Both the position numbers and the translations under genes were made by a program. Shown here piece after piece: positions 12,042 to 23,534 of a stretch of 64,000 nucleotides of DNA. The DNA is from an uncultured Actinomycetes bacterium (GTDB lineage: Bacteria; Actinomycetota; Thermoleophilia; RBG-16-64-13): positions 864,001 to 928,000 of the forward strand of contig CAVPLM010000005.1 in the NCBI GenBank assembly GCA_963706025.1, read 5' to 3'. Position 1 is the first letter of the stretch. The number at the start of each line of letters is the position of its first letter. The notes under the pieces were generated by a model that saw only the letters and a list, made by a program, of their open reading frames with translations, did no database searches and had not been told where the DNA came from.

Positions 12042-12845
12042 CTACTTGGCGACGTACTGGGCCAGCGCCGCCCCGCTCGCATCGCGCAGCCAGAGCTCGT
12101 CGCCGTCGATCGAATAGGTCGCCGTTTGTGGCAGTGCGGCCAGGTACGCGGCTTCCTGGGCCATCAACTCGTCGGGGCCCGCCATCTTGGTGCTCACGAT
12201 CTGAGCGTCGATAGTCATCTGGTCCTGCCCGGAGACGGTGTATTTGGTCGAGTACTGGTTGATGCCGGCATTGCCTGCCAGGCTGCCATCGGTCCCAAAG
12301 GTGGCTGTGATGGTGCTGTTCGCCGCGATCGACTGGAGGGCGCCCTTGCCGTTGTTGTAGGCAAGAGCCTGCCATTCTGTGCCGGTCAGCGAAGCTGGCT
12401 GTAATACTTCGTACTTCACCAGCACCTTGCCTTCGTCGTCCAGGAGCGTCAGAGCCGCGTCGCTGACTTCGTATGTGGCCGCCTTCTGTATCGCAGCAAA
12501 GTAGGCCGCCTCTTGGGCCATCGCGTCATCGGGGCCGGCCATCATGGTGCTCGCCAGCTCTCCGATCTGGATGGTGTTGCCGGGACCGGCCGTGTACGAG
12601 GCGCTGAAGCGGTTGACAGAACCGGAGCCTGCCACCGTGCCGGCGGCGAACCTGGCCGTGGCGGCACTACCCTTGGCAGTGAGCACCGACTCGACCCCCG
12701 CGATCTCGGTCGCTTTCCAGCTCTTGCCTTCGAGGGCCATCGAGTCGTCCGCCGTACTACCGCCGCCGCACCCGGTGACCGCTAGGAAGGTCAGCGCGAG
12801 TACCGCGGCGCCCATGATCGAAAGGACGGGCAGGGAACGCTTCAT
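12042..12845 (-). CDS. lipoprotein with two META (HslJ-like) domains
   Basis: Lipobox-like VTGC; two repeats of G..G.N...STxMAGP...MAQEAAY. Confidence 0.85.
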   Translation of the reverse strand: MKRSLPVLSIMGAAVLALTFLAVTGCGGGSTADDSMALEGKSWKATEIAGVESVLTAKGSAATARFAAGTVAGSGSVNRFSASYTAGPGNTIQIGELASTMMAGPDDAMAQEAAYFAAIQKAATYEVSDAALTLLDDEGKVLVKYEVLQPASLTGTEWQALAYNNGKGALQSIAANSTITATFGTDGSLAGNAGINQYSTKYTVSGQDQMTIDAQIVSTKMAGPDELMAQEAAYLAALPQTATYSIDGDELWLRDASGAALAQYVAK

Positions 12846-13166
12846 CTCATACCTCCAGTACTGGATCAGCTTTCTGGCAATACGCCACAATGCAGTTATC
12901 GACCAGAATCCTTGGCACTCAGCGACGAGTCCGACCGTCGGACGGCGTGGCCGACTGCCCGGGTTCCAGATGGGCCGGCCAGCTTCGGCAGGCGGGGTCA
13001 TCACCCATCTCCGGCGCGTTAGTCGACAATCTTACCTCGCTGAGGCAGTTCTCAAACTACCGAGCACCCGGCGTCGGACTCGGCCGGCTTGCCTCCGGCC
13101 TGGCACAGCAGACTCTTTCGGTTCAATATGGAGCCGCATCATACCAGCCTTCAGGAAGGTGGGACT

Positions 13167-14108
13167 GTGGAGATCCTGAGCACACTATTCACGATGGTGC
13201 TTGTCGTCTTCGTCGTTTCGATGATGCTCGCCGCGGGGCTGAGCACCACCATAGCGGCTCTTGGGCGGATTTTTCGCAAGGTGTGGCTCGTGCTGCTGGT
13301 TCTGGTCGTCAACTTCGTCCTCGTCCCCCTGCTCGGGTGGGGCATCGCCGAGCTGCTCGCTCTTGCCACTCCCGCGTTTATCGCCCTCGTGCTTATCGCC
13401 TGTTCTCCAGGGGCACCATTCGGGACGAAGGTTGCGGTCATGCAGCGGGGCGACGTCGTGACCGCCGGTGCCCTCCAGGTGCTCATGGCGGCTCTCGGCA
13501 GTGTTACGTTTCCGTTCACCGCGAACTGGATCATCTCCAACGCGGGTCTGGGAGCTGGCGTCTCCCTTCCCGTCTCTCGGCTGGTAGGGACGGTGGTAGT
13601 ACTGCAGCTCGTTCCCTTCGTGGTGGGCTTGGCAGTTCGAAACTGGGCTCCCCAGATGGCCGGGGGCTGGCTGAAGACCAGCGCCAGAGTCTCGAGCATT
13701 GCCTTCTTCGCCGTCGTGGCCGGTGCCCTGCTCGGGGGTTGGCGGGAGATAGTGGACCTGGTCGGATCAAAGGCGTTGCTGGGAGCCATAATCCTCGCAG
13801 TCCTCGCCATCGCTCTCGGCACCTTTCTTGCCCCGGGCAACACAAAGCAAAGGACCACGGTCGGCCTGCTCGCGCCCATGCGTAATGCCGGTCCGGTGTT
13901 CGCCGCCATCGGGATCGGATTCGACAACGACCCGGCTATCCTCGGAGCAGCTACAGCCCTATTGCTGGTGATGACCGTTGTAGGCATCCTCTTCGCCTCC
14001 TTCTTGGCGCGCAGAAGGCCCCTTCCGGAAGACGAGCCCTCTCCCTTGCCACCCGAGGAGGAAGGGGTGGCGTCTGTCGAGCCCCATGTCGAGAACCTCG
14101 AGGGCTGA
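13167..14108 (+). CDS. bile acid:sodium symporter family protein
   Basis: NFVLVP, CSPGAP, RNAG motifs; about 10 TM. Confidence 0.85.
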   Translation: MEILSTLFTMVLVVFVVSMMLAAGLSTTIAALGRIFRKVWLVLLVLVVNFVLVPLLGWGIAELLALATPAFIALVLIACSPGAPFGTKVAVMQRGDVVTAGALQVLMAALGSVTFPFTANWIISNAGLGAGVSLPVSRLVGTVVVLQLVPFVVGLAVRNWAPQMAGGWLKTSARVSSIAFFAVVAGALLGGWREIVDLVGSKALLGAIILAVLAIALGTFLAPGNTKQRTTVGLLAPMRNAGPVFAAIGIGFDNDPAILGAATALLLVMTVVGILFASFLARRRPLPEDEPSPLPPEEEGVASVEPHVENLEG

Positions 14109-14243
14109 TCGTGCCGCTCGTCGGGGCCCCGAACGCCGGGATTACCGTTCAGGACCGCCGGGTAAAGGAGACCAGCGAGCACCCGGCTAAGCGTCCTGGT
14201 CGCTACGCAGAGTCTTATTTCGAGAGTGAACGGAGGCATGCGC

Positions 14244-16598
14244 ATGGCACTGAGAGAATACGAGCCCGGGACCGCGTTCAACGGCGTGATCGGGCGGACA
14301 TACGACACCTCGGAGCCCGCCTGGCCCAAGCCGCTGCGGGCCAAGGAGGGTGCGCCCAACGTCCTCTTCATCGTCCTCGACGACATGGGCTTCGGTCAAC
14401 TCGGTTGCTTCGGCAGTCCCATCGAGACCCCCAACCTCGACGGCCTGGCGGCCGGGGGTCTTCTCTACAACAACATGCACACGACGGCGCTCTGCTCACC
14501 GACCCGGTCGTGCATCCTCACCGGGCGAAACCACCACTCGAACGCTATGGCCTGCATCACTGAAGGCTCCACCGGCTACCCCGGCTCGAACGGGTACATC
14601 CCCTTCGAGAACGGCTTTCTGTCGGAGATGCTTCTCCAGCACGGCTACAACACCTACGCCATCGGTAAGTGGCATCTCACCCCCGCCGATCAGATCTCGG
14701 CCGCCGGCCCCTACGACCGTTGGCCCTTGGGCCGCGGCTTTGAGCGTTTCTACGGCTTCCTGGGGGGTGAGACCCACCAGTACTACCCAGACCTCGTCTT
14801 CGACAATCACCAGGTCGAGCCACCGAAGACGCCCGAAGAGGGCTACCACCTCACCGAGGACCTGGTCGACACGGCCGTATCGTTCATCGCCGACTCGAAG
14901 CAGGTGGCACCCGACAAGCCGTTCTTCCTCTACTTCGCTCCCGGAGCCATGCACGCGCCGCATCACGTGCGCAAGGAGTGGTCGGACCGGTACAAGGGCA
15001 CGTTCGACGACGGGTGGGACGCATACCGGGAGAAGACCTTCGCCAGGCAGAAGGAGCTCGGCGTGATCCCGCCGAACGCCGAACTCTCGCGCCACGACCC
15101 CGACGTCAAGCCCTGGAAGGACTGTTCCCCTGAGGAGCAGAAGCTCTACGCCCGGATGATGGAGGTCTTCGCCGGTTTCCTCAGCCACACCGACCACCAC
15201 ATCGGCCGGCTGCTGGAGTTCCTCAAGAGCATCGGGGAATTCGACAACACCCTCATCATGGTCATCTCCGACAACGGCGCCTCGTCCGAGGGCGGCCCTA
15301 CCGGGTCTGTGAACGAGACCCTGTTCTTCAACAACGTCCCCGAGTCGCTCGACGAGAACCTGCGGCTGATAGACGACCTGGGTGAGCCGACGACGTTCAA
15401 CCACTATGCCTGGGGCTGGACCTGGGCCGGCGACACCCCCTTCCGCCGCTGGAAGCGGGAGACCTACCGGGGCGGGACCAGCGACCCGTTCATAGTCCAC
15501 TGGCCTGCCGGGATCGCCGCACGAGGCGAGGTGCGGACCCAGTACGCGCACGCTATCGACATGATGCCGACGGTGCTCGACGCGCTCGGCATCGAGCCTC
15601 CCGCGACCATCCGGGGCGTCGCCCAGTCTCCGCTGGAGGGCGTCTCCTTCGCGCACACCCTCGACGACGCCCAGGCGCAGAGCAGGCGCCACACCCAGTA
15701 CTTCGAGATGCTGGGCCATCGCGCCATCTACCACGACGGCTGGCGGGCGGTCTGTCCGTGGCCGGGCCCGTCGTTCACTGAGTCGGGGATGCCGTTCGGC
15801 GCTCCCATCACCGCCGACACGCTAACCGAGCTCGACGCCAAGGCCTGGGAGCTCTACCACGTCGACGAAGACTGGGCCGAGAACCACAACATCGCCGCCG
15901 AGAACCGGGCGAAGCTCATAGAGATGATCGCCACGTGGTACGTCGAAGCGGGCAGGTACAAGGTCATGCCGGTGGACGGCCGCGGCGTGCAGCGCTTTGC
16001 CGACGAGCGACCGCAGCTCACCGCCGACCGCAGCACCTACACGTTCTACCCGGGGACGCAGGCGGTGCCGTGGAATGCCGGCCCGCGGCTCCTCAACCGG
16101 ACGCACAGCATCACCGCCGATGTGGACATCCCGCCGGGCGGGGCCGAGGGGGCGCTGCTCTCCTTCGGGGGCAACGACGCAGGCTGCTGCCTGTACGTGC
16201 AGGATGGGACGCTGAAGTACGTGCAGAACTACGTCGCCCGCGAATACCTATGCGTCGAGTCGAAGGAGACCGTGCCCGAGGGTCGCCACAGCCTCCGCTT
16301 CGAGTTCGAGGTCACCGGGCCGCCGGACATCGCCGCGGGCAAAGGCACCCCGGGGCGGGCGCAGCTCTACATCGACGGCAGACTCGTGGGACAAGCCGAC
16401 TTCCCATACACGGTCCCGATCGCCATGGGAATCACGGGCGGATGGTCCGTGGGCGCCGATCCCGGGGCGCCGGTAGCTCCGTTCTACGATCCTCCGTTCG
16501 CGTTCACCGGCACCATCTACAGCGTCACGATCGATCTGAGCGGAGAGGTGATCAAAGACGACGAGGCCGAGTTCAAGATGCAAATGGCCCGGCAGTGA
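14244..16598 (+). CDS. arylsulfatase (Cys-type, formylglycine-dependent)
   Basis: PNVLFIVLDD, CSPTRSCILTG, GKWHL, HAPH, SDNG; RBS GGAGG. Confidence 0.95.
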   Translation: MALREYEPGTAFNGVIGRTYDTSEPAWPKPLRAKEGAPNVLFIVLDDMGFGQLGCFGSPIETPNLDGLAAGGLLYNNMHTTALCSPTRSCILTGRNHHSNAMACITEGSTGYPGSNGYIPFENGFLSEMLLQHGYNTYAIGKWHLTPADQISAAGPYDRWPLGRGFERFYGFLGGETHQYYPDLVFDNHQVEPPKTPEEGYHLTEDLVDTAVSFIADSKQVAPDKPFFLYFAPGAMHAPHHVRKEWSDRYKGTFDDGWDAYREKTFARQKELGVIPPNAELSRHDPDVKPWKDCSPEEQKLYARMMEVFAGFLSHTDHHIGRLLEFLKSIGEFDNTLIMVISDNGASSEGGPTGSVNETLFFNNVPESLDENLRLIDDLGEPTTFNHYAWGWTWAGDTPFRRWKRETYRGGTSDPFIVHWPAGIAARGEVRTQYAHAIDMMPTVLDALGIEPPATIRGVAQSPLEGVSFAHTLDDAQAQSRRHTQYFEMLGHRAIYHDGWRAVCPWPGPSFTESGMPFGAPITADTLTELDAKAWELYHVDEDWAENHNIAAENRAKLIEMIATWYVEAGRYKVMPVDGRGVQRFADERPQLTADRSTYTFYPGTQAVPWNAGPRLLNRTHSITADVDIPPGGAEGALLSFGGNDAGCCLYVQDGTLKYVQNYVAREYLCVESKETVPEGRHSLRFEFEVTGPPDIAAGKGTPGRAQLYIDGRLVGQADFPYTVPIAMGITGGWSVGADPGAPVAPFYDPPFAFTGTIYSVTIDLSGEVIKDDEAEFKMQMARQ

Positions 16599-16725
16599 GG
16601 TTTCGTCAAGCTTCCCTGTCCTAAACCCGCGCGCCCGGTCTCGGTCTGGAGACCCCTAGAGATGCCCCGCCCGGCCAGGGAAGCGGGGAATCGTAGGCCG
16701 ATCGTGGGCGAGTAACTCAGGCAGG

Positions 16726-17137
16726 CTACTCAGCGCGGCGGGCCCTGGCTCTTTCGGGCAGGATCCGCCTGCGCCCCTGGAGAACGATGTAGGCGCTCAT
16801 CGCCGCCGCCATCGACAGGCTGACGATCCTGACCGGCAGGTTGGGAGCGAACAACAGGGCTGAAATGGCGGCCGTAAGCCATGACGACGCGATCAGAGCG
16901 GTCTTGATGGGAAGCGACAAGCGCCGGCCCTGCGCCATCTGGGTGACGTACCTCCCGAAGAGCCTGTTCGTCGTGAGCCAGGGGTGGCATCGTTCGGAGC
17001 TGCGTGCGTAGCAGTACGCGCTCAAGAGAAGAACGGCGTCGTGGGCATCACCGGCAGGATGGCACCGATGACGGCCAGCAAACAGCGAACGATCCGCCCA
17101 GAAGGAGGAGGGTCCGTTTCGCACCCTTTGTGCGCAT
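16726..17137 (-). CDS. YbaN/DUF454 inner membrane protein (frameshifted near the 5' end)
   Basis: LPVMPTTPF in one frame continuing into LSAYCYARSSER..WL..NRLFG. Confidence 0.75.
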
Positions 17138-17416
17138 GTCTTCTGCCCGGGTGCTCATGTAATGCTCGTGATTCTGTTCATCGGTCGTCTATAGGGACGG
17201 TCGCGATGCTCCAAATGGTTCCCTCGGCGCCGGATCTACGCTTCCTTCATCGGCTCGAGGCGCCTGGTCCCCAAGAAGGCGCCTGCACCATCAATGGACC
17301 AAGTACGGTCTGGCGCCGGGAGAAGTGTGTGGTAATAAGGAGGAAGTCGGCGCCGGAGGGGCAGCGCTTCTCCGCCGTGCCCAGTCGGTCGAGGGCCCGA
17401 GAAGCGAGGAGTGCTC

Positions 17417-18666
17417 ATGAGCCCGGACGAAGCAGCACCAGCTCCCGCCCCGCCGGAGGATCCCGCACTGTCAGACGATCCGGCCTGCGCGACCAGTCGG
17501 CCGAGGAAGCCGGGCTCGCGCAGGCCGCGACCGATGCCGGCTCGGTGACCGGAGCGGTCGGGCGCAGCCGCAGCCTCATCGGAAGCCCGACCGGACTGCT
17601 CCTCGCCCTGGCGGGCGTCATCATCACCATCTACGGCATGCGTTACGCCGCCAGCATCCTGAACCCCATACTGCTGGCGCTGTTCCTGGCCATGGGCATG
17701 AGCCCGATGATTCACTGGTTGCGCCGCAAGGGATTACCTCCCTGGGCGACCCTGGCCGTAGTGCTGGCCATCTTCGTCGTCGTCGTTCTGTTGTTCTTGG
17801 CCATAACGGCCGGTGCGCTCACTCAGTTGGACGACAAGCTGCCCGTCTACAAGGCGAACCTGGCAGAGATGATGGCCGACGTCCAGGCGTGGTTCGCAGA
17901 CCGCGGCATCGACATCAGCGGGCTCACCTCTGGGTCGCTCGAACCCGCCAGCCTGGTCGAGGGCGGTGGCAAGCTCATCAAGGGGGCGATCAACGCGCTG
18001 TCCAGCATCGGGCTCATGATCTTCATCGTCCTCTTCATGGTCTCCGAGGTCTTCTCATTCCCCCGAAAGCTCACGGACAAGGTCAAGATGCCCGCCAATT
18101 TCCGGCGGTCTCTCGACAACTTCAGCAGTACCACCCGGTCCTACCTTTTCACCAAAGCCTGGCTATCGGCCATCATGACGGTCGTCGTGGTGCTCATCTA
18201 CTACGCTTTCGGTACGGACTTCGCCTTGCTTTGGGGATTGCTGTTCTTCGTCATGAGCTTCATTCCCAACATCGGCTTCGTGCTCGCGGTGATCCCCCCG
18301 TTCTTCGTCACGCTGCTCGAATCCGGCTTCTGGCCGGCCTTTGCCGTGTTGATGCTGGTGATCGTGGCCAACACCATCGTTGACAGCGTCATCTCCCCTC
18401 ATATCATGGGCAAGAGCGTGGGGCTTTCGTCTCTCATGGTCTTCCTCTCCCTGATGGTGTGGGGCTGGGCGCTGGGAGGCATCGGAGCCCTGATCGCCGT
18501 GCCCATGACGCTGATGGTGAAGCTCTTGTTCTTCGATTCCTTCGAAAGCACCCGCCCCATATCGGAGTTCATGGCGAGCAGCCCGCTCGAGGAGCACCGC
18601 AAGCGCAAGCGCGAGAAGAAGGCGGCGGCCGCGGCGGGTGCAGGCGGATCAGGCGAAGGCGACTGA
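17417..18666 (+). CDS. AI-2E family transporter (frameshift near the 5' end)
   Basis: RBS GAGGAG plus ATG 17417 parallels the next paralog; SFIPNIG motif. Confidence 0.88.
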
Positions 18667-18696
18667 CAGGCCGACCACAGGAAGAGAGGAGTGCCC

Positions 18697-19918
18697 ATGA
18701 GCTCGGACGAAGCAGCACCGCCTCCCGCCCTGCCGGAAGATCTCGCTACGGAAGGCCCGCCGGCCGAGGAAGACGGGCTCGTGGACACCGCCACCGAGGC
18801 CGGCTCGGCGACCGAAGCGGCGGGGCGCAGCCGCAACCTCATCGGCAGCCCGACGGGGCTACTACTCGCCCTGGCGGGCGTCGTCGTGATCATCTACGGC
18901 ATGCGTTACGCCGCCGGCATCCTCAACCCCATACTGCTGGCGTTGTTCCTGGTCATGGGCATCAGCCCGTTCATACACTGGTTGCGTCGCAAGGGGCTGC
19001 CCCCCTGGGCGACGCTGGCCGTGGTGCTCGTCTTGTTCGTCGTCATCATTCTCTTGTTCGTTGTCATCGCCGCCGGCTCCCTCACCCAGTTGGACGAGAA
19101 GCTGCCCGTCTACAAGGAGAACCTGAGCGAGATGACGGCCGACGCCCAAGCCTGGTTCAGTGAACAGGGCATCGACATCAGCGGCCTCACCTCCGGCGCT
19201 CGATCCCGCCAACCTCGTCGACAACGTCGGCAGCCTCATAAAGGGTGCGATCAACGCGCTCACCAACATAGGGCTCATGATCTTCATCGTCCTCTTCATG
19301 ATCTCCGAGATCTTCACGTTCCCTCGGAAGCTGACGGACAGGGTCAAGTTGAGCGCCAACTTCCGGCGGTCTCTCGACAACTTCAGCGAGACTACCCGCG
19401 GGTACCTTTTCACGAAGGCCTGGCTGGCCGCCATCATGACGGTCATCGTGGCGATCATCTACTACGCGTTCGGGGTGGACTTCGCCTTGCTCTGGGCCCT
19501 GCTCTTCTTCGTCATGAGCTTCGTTCCCAACATCGGCTTCGTGCTCGCGGTCATCCCCCCGTTCTTAGTCACCCTACTTGAATCCGGCTTGTGGACGGCC
19601 GTCGTCGTGCTGGTCCTGGTGATCATCTTCAACACCATCGTGGATAGCCTCATAGGCCCTCATTTCATGAGCAAGAGCGTCGGGCTTTCGACTCTCATGG
19701 TCTTCCTCTCTCTGATCCTGTGGGCCTGGGTTCTGGGAGGGGTCGGAGCCCTGATCGCCGTGCCGATGACACTGATGGTGAAGCTGCTGTTCTTCGATTC
19801 CTACGAAAGCACCCGACCCCTGTCGGAGTTCATGTCGCGGAGTCCGCTGGAGGAGCACCGCAAACGGAAGCGTCGTAAGAAAGCTGAGAAGGCCGCGGCA
19901 GCTGAGGGGTCTGGCTAG
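18697..19918 (+). CDS. AI-2E family transporter, tandem paralog (frameshift near 19200)
   Basis: Highly similar to 17417-18666; split over two ORFs. Confidence 0.88.
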
Positions 19919-19982
19919 GGCCGGGGGGATACCGGGTCCCAGCTGAGGCGCGTCGTGGCGCCCTCTTCCATCCGCAAGAAAC

Positions 19983-20018
19983 GCGGCCCGCCGGCCCGAT
20001 CAGGGGCCGGCGGGCCGC
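19983..20018. terminator. hairpin between convergent genes
   Basis: gcggcccgccggccc / gggccggcgggccgc inverted repeat. Confidence 0.65.
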
Positions 20019-20053
20019 ATCAGAAGGTGCGGGCGGTTACGGGTCCCGCGGGT

Positions 20054-20428
20054 CTACTCCTCGACGGGATTCTTGACCACTATGAAGGCGATCAGAACCA
20101 GCACATAGACGGCGAGCATGATCGCGGACCAGATCGGATAGACAGGGAGCATGAAGAACTCGGACACCGCAGCAACGGAAGCAGCGATGATACCGATGAC
20201 GCGCCCCCAGGTCCTACCCGTCATGGCCGCCATCCCGGCCAGGACGAGGAGCGCCCCGATGATCAGCCACCAGACAGCGAGTCCGGTTATGTCGACAAGC
20301 ATGTAACCGTTGTAGCCCAGTACGATCCACTCGTCTCTGAACAGGCCGATGATCCCGGTAATGAATTTGAATGCGCCCACGATCATCATCAGGATCGAAC
20401 CGAGCGCGTACCAACCCCTCCACCTCAT
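20054..20428 (-). CDS. DUF7144-like 4-TM membrane protein
   Basis: GW...ILM..G.F..I.G, WGRVIGI, PVYPIWS pattern. Confidence 0.75.
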   Translation of the reverse strand: MRWRGWYALGSILMMIVGAFKFITGIIGLFRDEWIVLGYNGYMLVDITGLAVWWLIIGALLVLAGMAAMTGRTWGRVIGIIAASVAAVSEFFMLPVYPIWSAIMLAVYVLVLIAFIVVKNPVEE

Positions 20429-20744
20429 ATGCACCACTCCTCTCGTCCTCAGAACCTTCGGATCGTCCGACCCCATTATGTGAGAATCACTCCCATTTTG
20501 GAAGCGCACACACTGCAACAATTCCGCGTTACCGGCGCAAACCCTCTAGCGCAAACGCTTCGCCTGACCCATAATGAGGCTATGCCGGAGGCGACCAGCG
20601 ACAAAACGACTTGGTGGAAAGGGGGCGACGGCTCAGAGGCGTGACCGGCGGGTGCATGCTAGGCACCCGGATGCCGGATGCCGCGGGTGGTTGCGACGAA
20701 GGCGACAGGACAGGCTGTAAAGACAGAGACTCAAGGAGACGTTT

Positions 20745-21104
20745 ATGGATTTATGGGACGTGATGTGGTCGATGTTCGTGTTCTTCTTCTGGTTCATGTA
20801 CATCTGGATCTTCATCACCATATTCGCGGACATCTTCCGCAGGAACGACATACACGGCTGGTCCAAGGCCGGCTGGCTCATCCTCCTCATCTTCATCCCG
20901 CTCATCGGGGCCTTGATCTACATGATCCGGCGGCCGAAGATGACCGAGCAGGACAAGCGCATGATGGAAGAGGCACAGCAGCGGCAGCATCGTGCGGCCG
21001 GGTACTCCGCGGCCGAGGAGATCGCCAAGGCTCAGGCGCTGAAAGACTCGGGCGCTATCACAGAGGAAGAGTTCCAGACGCTCAAACAGAAAGCTATGGT
21101 GTAG
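20745..21104 (+). CDS. PLDc_N + SHOCT domain protein
   Basis: DIFRRNDI.GW.KAGW, IPLIG; GAITEEEFQ..K.K. Confidence 0.88.
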   Translation: MDLWDVMWSMFVFFFWFMYIWIFITIFADIFRRNDIHGWSKAGWLILLIFIPLIGALIYMIRRPKMTEQDKRMMEEAQQRQHRAAGYSAAEEIAKAQALKDSGAITEEEFQTLKQKAMV

Positions 21105-21134
21105 GACCGCGCAAGAGGATCAAGGGGGGTCTAT

Positions 21135-21431
21135 ATGTGTTGCCTTCTTACTGTCATGACGTTCCTCGGCCCACGAGCCGCCGTGCTCATATGGTGGCTG
21201 GTCGATTGGTCCTTCTGGCAGAAAGCGTACGAAACCGCCTTCTGGCCGATCATCGGCATCATATTCGCGCCCTGGACGACGCTCTTCTATATGATCGCCT
21301 TCAGGAGCGGCCTGGGCATCGCCGGGGGATGGGACTATCTGTTGATCGTCATAGGCGTGCTGCTGGATCTGTTCAATTACTTCGGCGGTGGGTGGAAGAA
21401 CCGCAAGCGTGTTCCCGGATACGCGAAGTAG
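21135..21431 (+). CDS. small membrane protein
   Basis: 98 aa hydrophobic protein; GPR, PWTTL, GVLLDL pattern. Confidence 0.7.
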   Translation: MCCLLTVMTFLGPRAAVLIWWLVDWSFWQKAYETAFWPIIGIIFAPWTTLFYMIAFRSGLGIAGGWDYLLIVIGVLLDLFNYFGGGWKNRKRVPGYAK

Positions 21432-21450
21432 ACCAACCGAACAGCAGTAG

Positions 21451-22314
21451 ATGAGACTATTGGAGGCAGGCCGGCCGGAAGGCCGGCCTGCCTATCTTTC
21501 TTCAACGGAGCCGAGGCGACCGACCCTCTCCTATCTCGGGCACAACACGGTGCTCCTGGAGATGGACGGAGTCCGCCTGCTGACCGATCCGATCCTGCGG
21601 ATGCGGGTCCCGTTGCTTCGCCGCCACGGCCCTTTCCCCGATCTCGCCGTCACCAAGGACCTTGACGCGGTGATGATCTCTCACCTTCATCTCGACCACG
21701 CGAATCCCGCCTCCCTGCAGCTGCTTCCTCGCGATACACCTCTGCTGGTACCAAGGGGAGCCCGCGCGATACTGCGTCGGTATCGTTTCACCAACCTGCA
21801 CGAGTTGGCCCCGGGAGAGTCTCTGCACTTCGGCACCGTAACCGTCACGGCCACCCCCGCCCGGCATGAAGGGCGGCGTTATCCCTGGGGCCATTTCGCC
21901 GAGGCCGTGGGCTACACGATCCAGGGTCCACTCAAGGTCTACTTCGCGGGCGACACCGGCCTCTTCGACGGCCTGGCCGACCTTGCCGGCGATCTGGACG
22001 TGGCCCTGCTTCCGATCTGGGGGTGGGGGCTCAGACTGCCCGACGACCATCTCTCGCCGGAGACCGCCGCAAAGGCCCTGCAGCTTCTGCGGCCCAAACT
22101 GGCCATCCCCATACATTGGGGCACCTTCCTCCCGCTTGGGGCCGGACCGTTCTACGCGCACTATCTGGTAGACCCTCCTCAGGCCTTCGTCCGCTACGCC
22201 CAAGAGCATGCGCCAGACGTTCCTACCGCCGTGGTGCGGCCGGGCGAGTCGATCACGCTGCCGGATTGGGACCACGAGCCAGTGGACGACGGACGGAAGG
22301 AGGCCCGCGCATGA
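21451..22314 (+). CDS. MBL-fold metallo-hydrolase (UlaG-like)
   Basis: LTDP, SHLHLDH, ARH, YFAGDT, PIHWGT. Confidence 0.88.
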   Translation: MRLLEAGRPEGRPAYLSSTEPRRPTLSYLGHNTVLLEMDGVRLLTDPILRMRVPLLRRHGPFPDLAVTKDLDAVMISHLHLDHANPASLQLLPRDTPLLVPRGARAILRRYRFTNLHELAPGESLHFGTVTVTATPARHEGRRYPWGHFAEAVGYTIQGPLKVYFAGDTGLFDGLADLAGDLDVALLPIWGWGLRLPDDHLSPETAAKALQLLRPKLAIPIHWGTFLPLGAGPFYAHYLVDPPQAFVRYAQEHAPDVPTAVVRPGESITLPDWDHEPVDDGRKEARA

Positions 22315-23415
22315 GCGCCGGCGAAGCGCCGACTCCGGCGGGCCCGAGCAGCCAGAAGAAGGGAGGGCTCGAGGGCATTCCTGTAGTCGGGCCGGTGTGG
22401 TCCTGGTACCGGGGATACAGCCGGCGCAACGGCGCGCTGCTCAGTGCCGGCATCGCCTACTACGGGCTCTTCTCATTGGCCCCCCTCATGCTCCTCACTC
22501 TCCAGATAACCGGCCTCTTCATCGGCGAATCCACCGCCCAGGAGGAACTGAGCGAGACTCTGGAAGCATACTTGGGGCCTTACCTGGCGGACACGTTCAG
22601 CAGCGTCCTGTTCCAGCTTCAGGGCCGGGGCTCGAGTACAACGCTTGCCGTGGTCGGGGTCATTCTGCTCATCTACGGCGCGACCAAGCTCTTCCTGAGA
22701 CTGCAGGCCTCTTTCAATATCATGTGGGACATACAGGTCCGGCCGACGCGGTTTTCGTTTCGTCGAGTGCTGTCCCGGCTCTTCGCCTTCGCACTCATCC
22801 TCGCCCCGACGGTCATCCTAGTCGTTTCTTTGGTCTTGAATGCCGAGCATCTCGTGGCTCGAGGGCATCACCGACACCTCAGGACCGTTGCTCGGCCTGG
22901 CCGAAACGATCATCCCCTTCCTATTGGCCTGGGGAGCCCTGATCATCATCTTCGCCATCCTTCCCGACATCCGCATGTCCTGGCGGGATTGCTGGCTCGG
23001 CGCCCTGTTCACCGCCGTGCTGTGCGCCCTGGGCACGTGGCTTTTCGGTACGTACTTGTCGTGGTCGAGCAGCCAGAAATACGCCGGTTCGGTAGGGGCA
23101 CTCATAGCCCTCATCGTCTGGGTGGATTTCATGGCGATATTCACGCTTCTCGGAGTTAGGCTGAATAGGTTGCTCTACGAGCGCAGGGGAAAGACGATAC
23201 AGCCCTATCCGTACGCAGCCCTGATCCGGTACGTCGCCGCGGGGCAAACCGGCGAGGCCCTGCAGCCTGAGGCCCACGAGAAGCCCCCGGTCGAAGAGGC
23301 GACCCCGGCTCACGAGACGCGTCCTCCCGATGAGGCGGCTCCAGCCAGTGAAGTGGCTACTGCCGGTGAAGTGGCTCCCACCGACGAACGGGTCGAGCCT
23401 CCGAAGGAGCACTGA
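22311..23415 (+). CDS. YihY/BrkB family membrane protein (frameshift near 22845)
   Basis: SAGIAYYGLFSLAP, SFNIMW, YAGSVGALI. Confidence 0.85.
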
Positions 23416-23448
23416 ACCCTGACCAAGCCGCCGGCCGTCCGCGATACG

Positions 23449-23487
23449 GCCGAGGCCGGTGGGGCGAATCGCCCCACCGGCCTCGGC
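23449..23487. terminator. hairpin between convergent genes
   Basis: gccgaggccggtggggcga / tcgccccaccggcctcggc perfect inverted repeat. Confidence 0.7.
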
Positions 23488-23534
23488 TCATCTCAGCTTT
23501 CGCCGTTCGTTACGCCCTCGCCGGGCCTCCTCCG

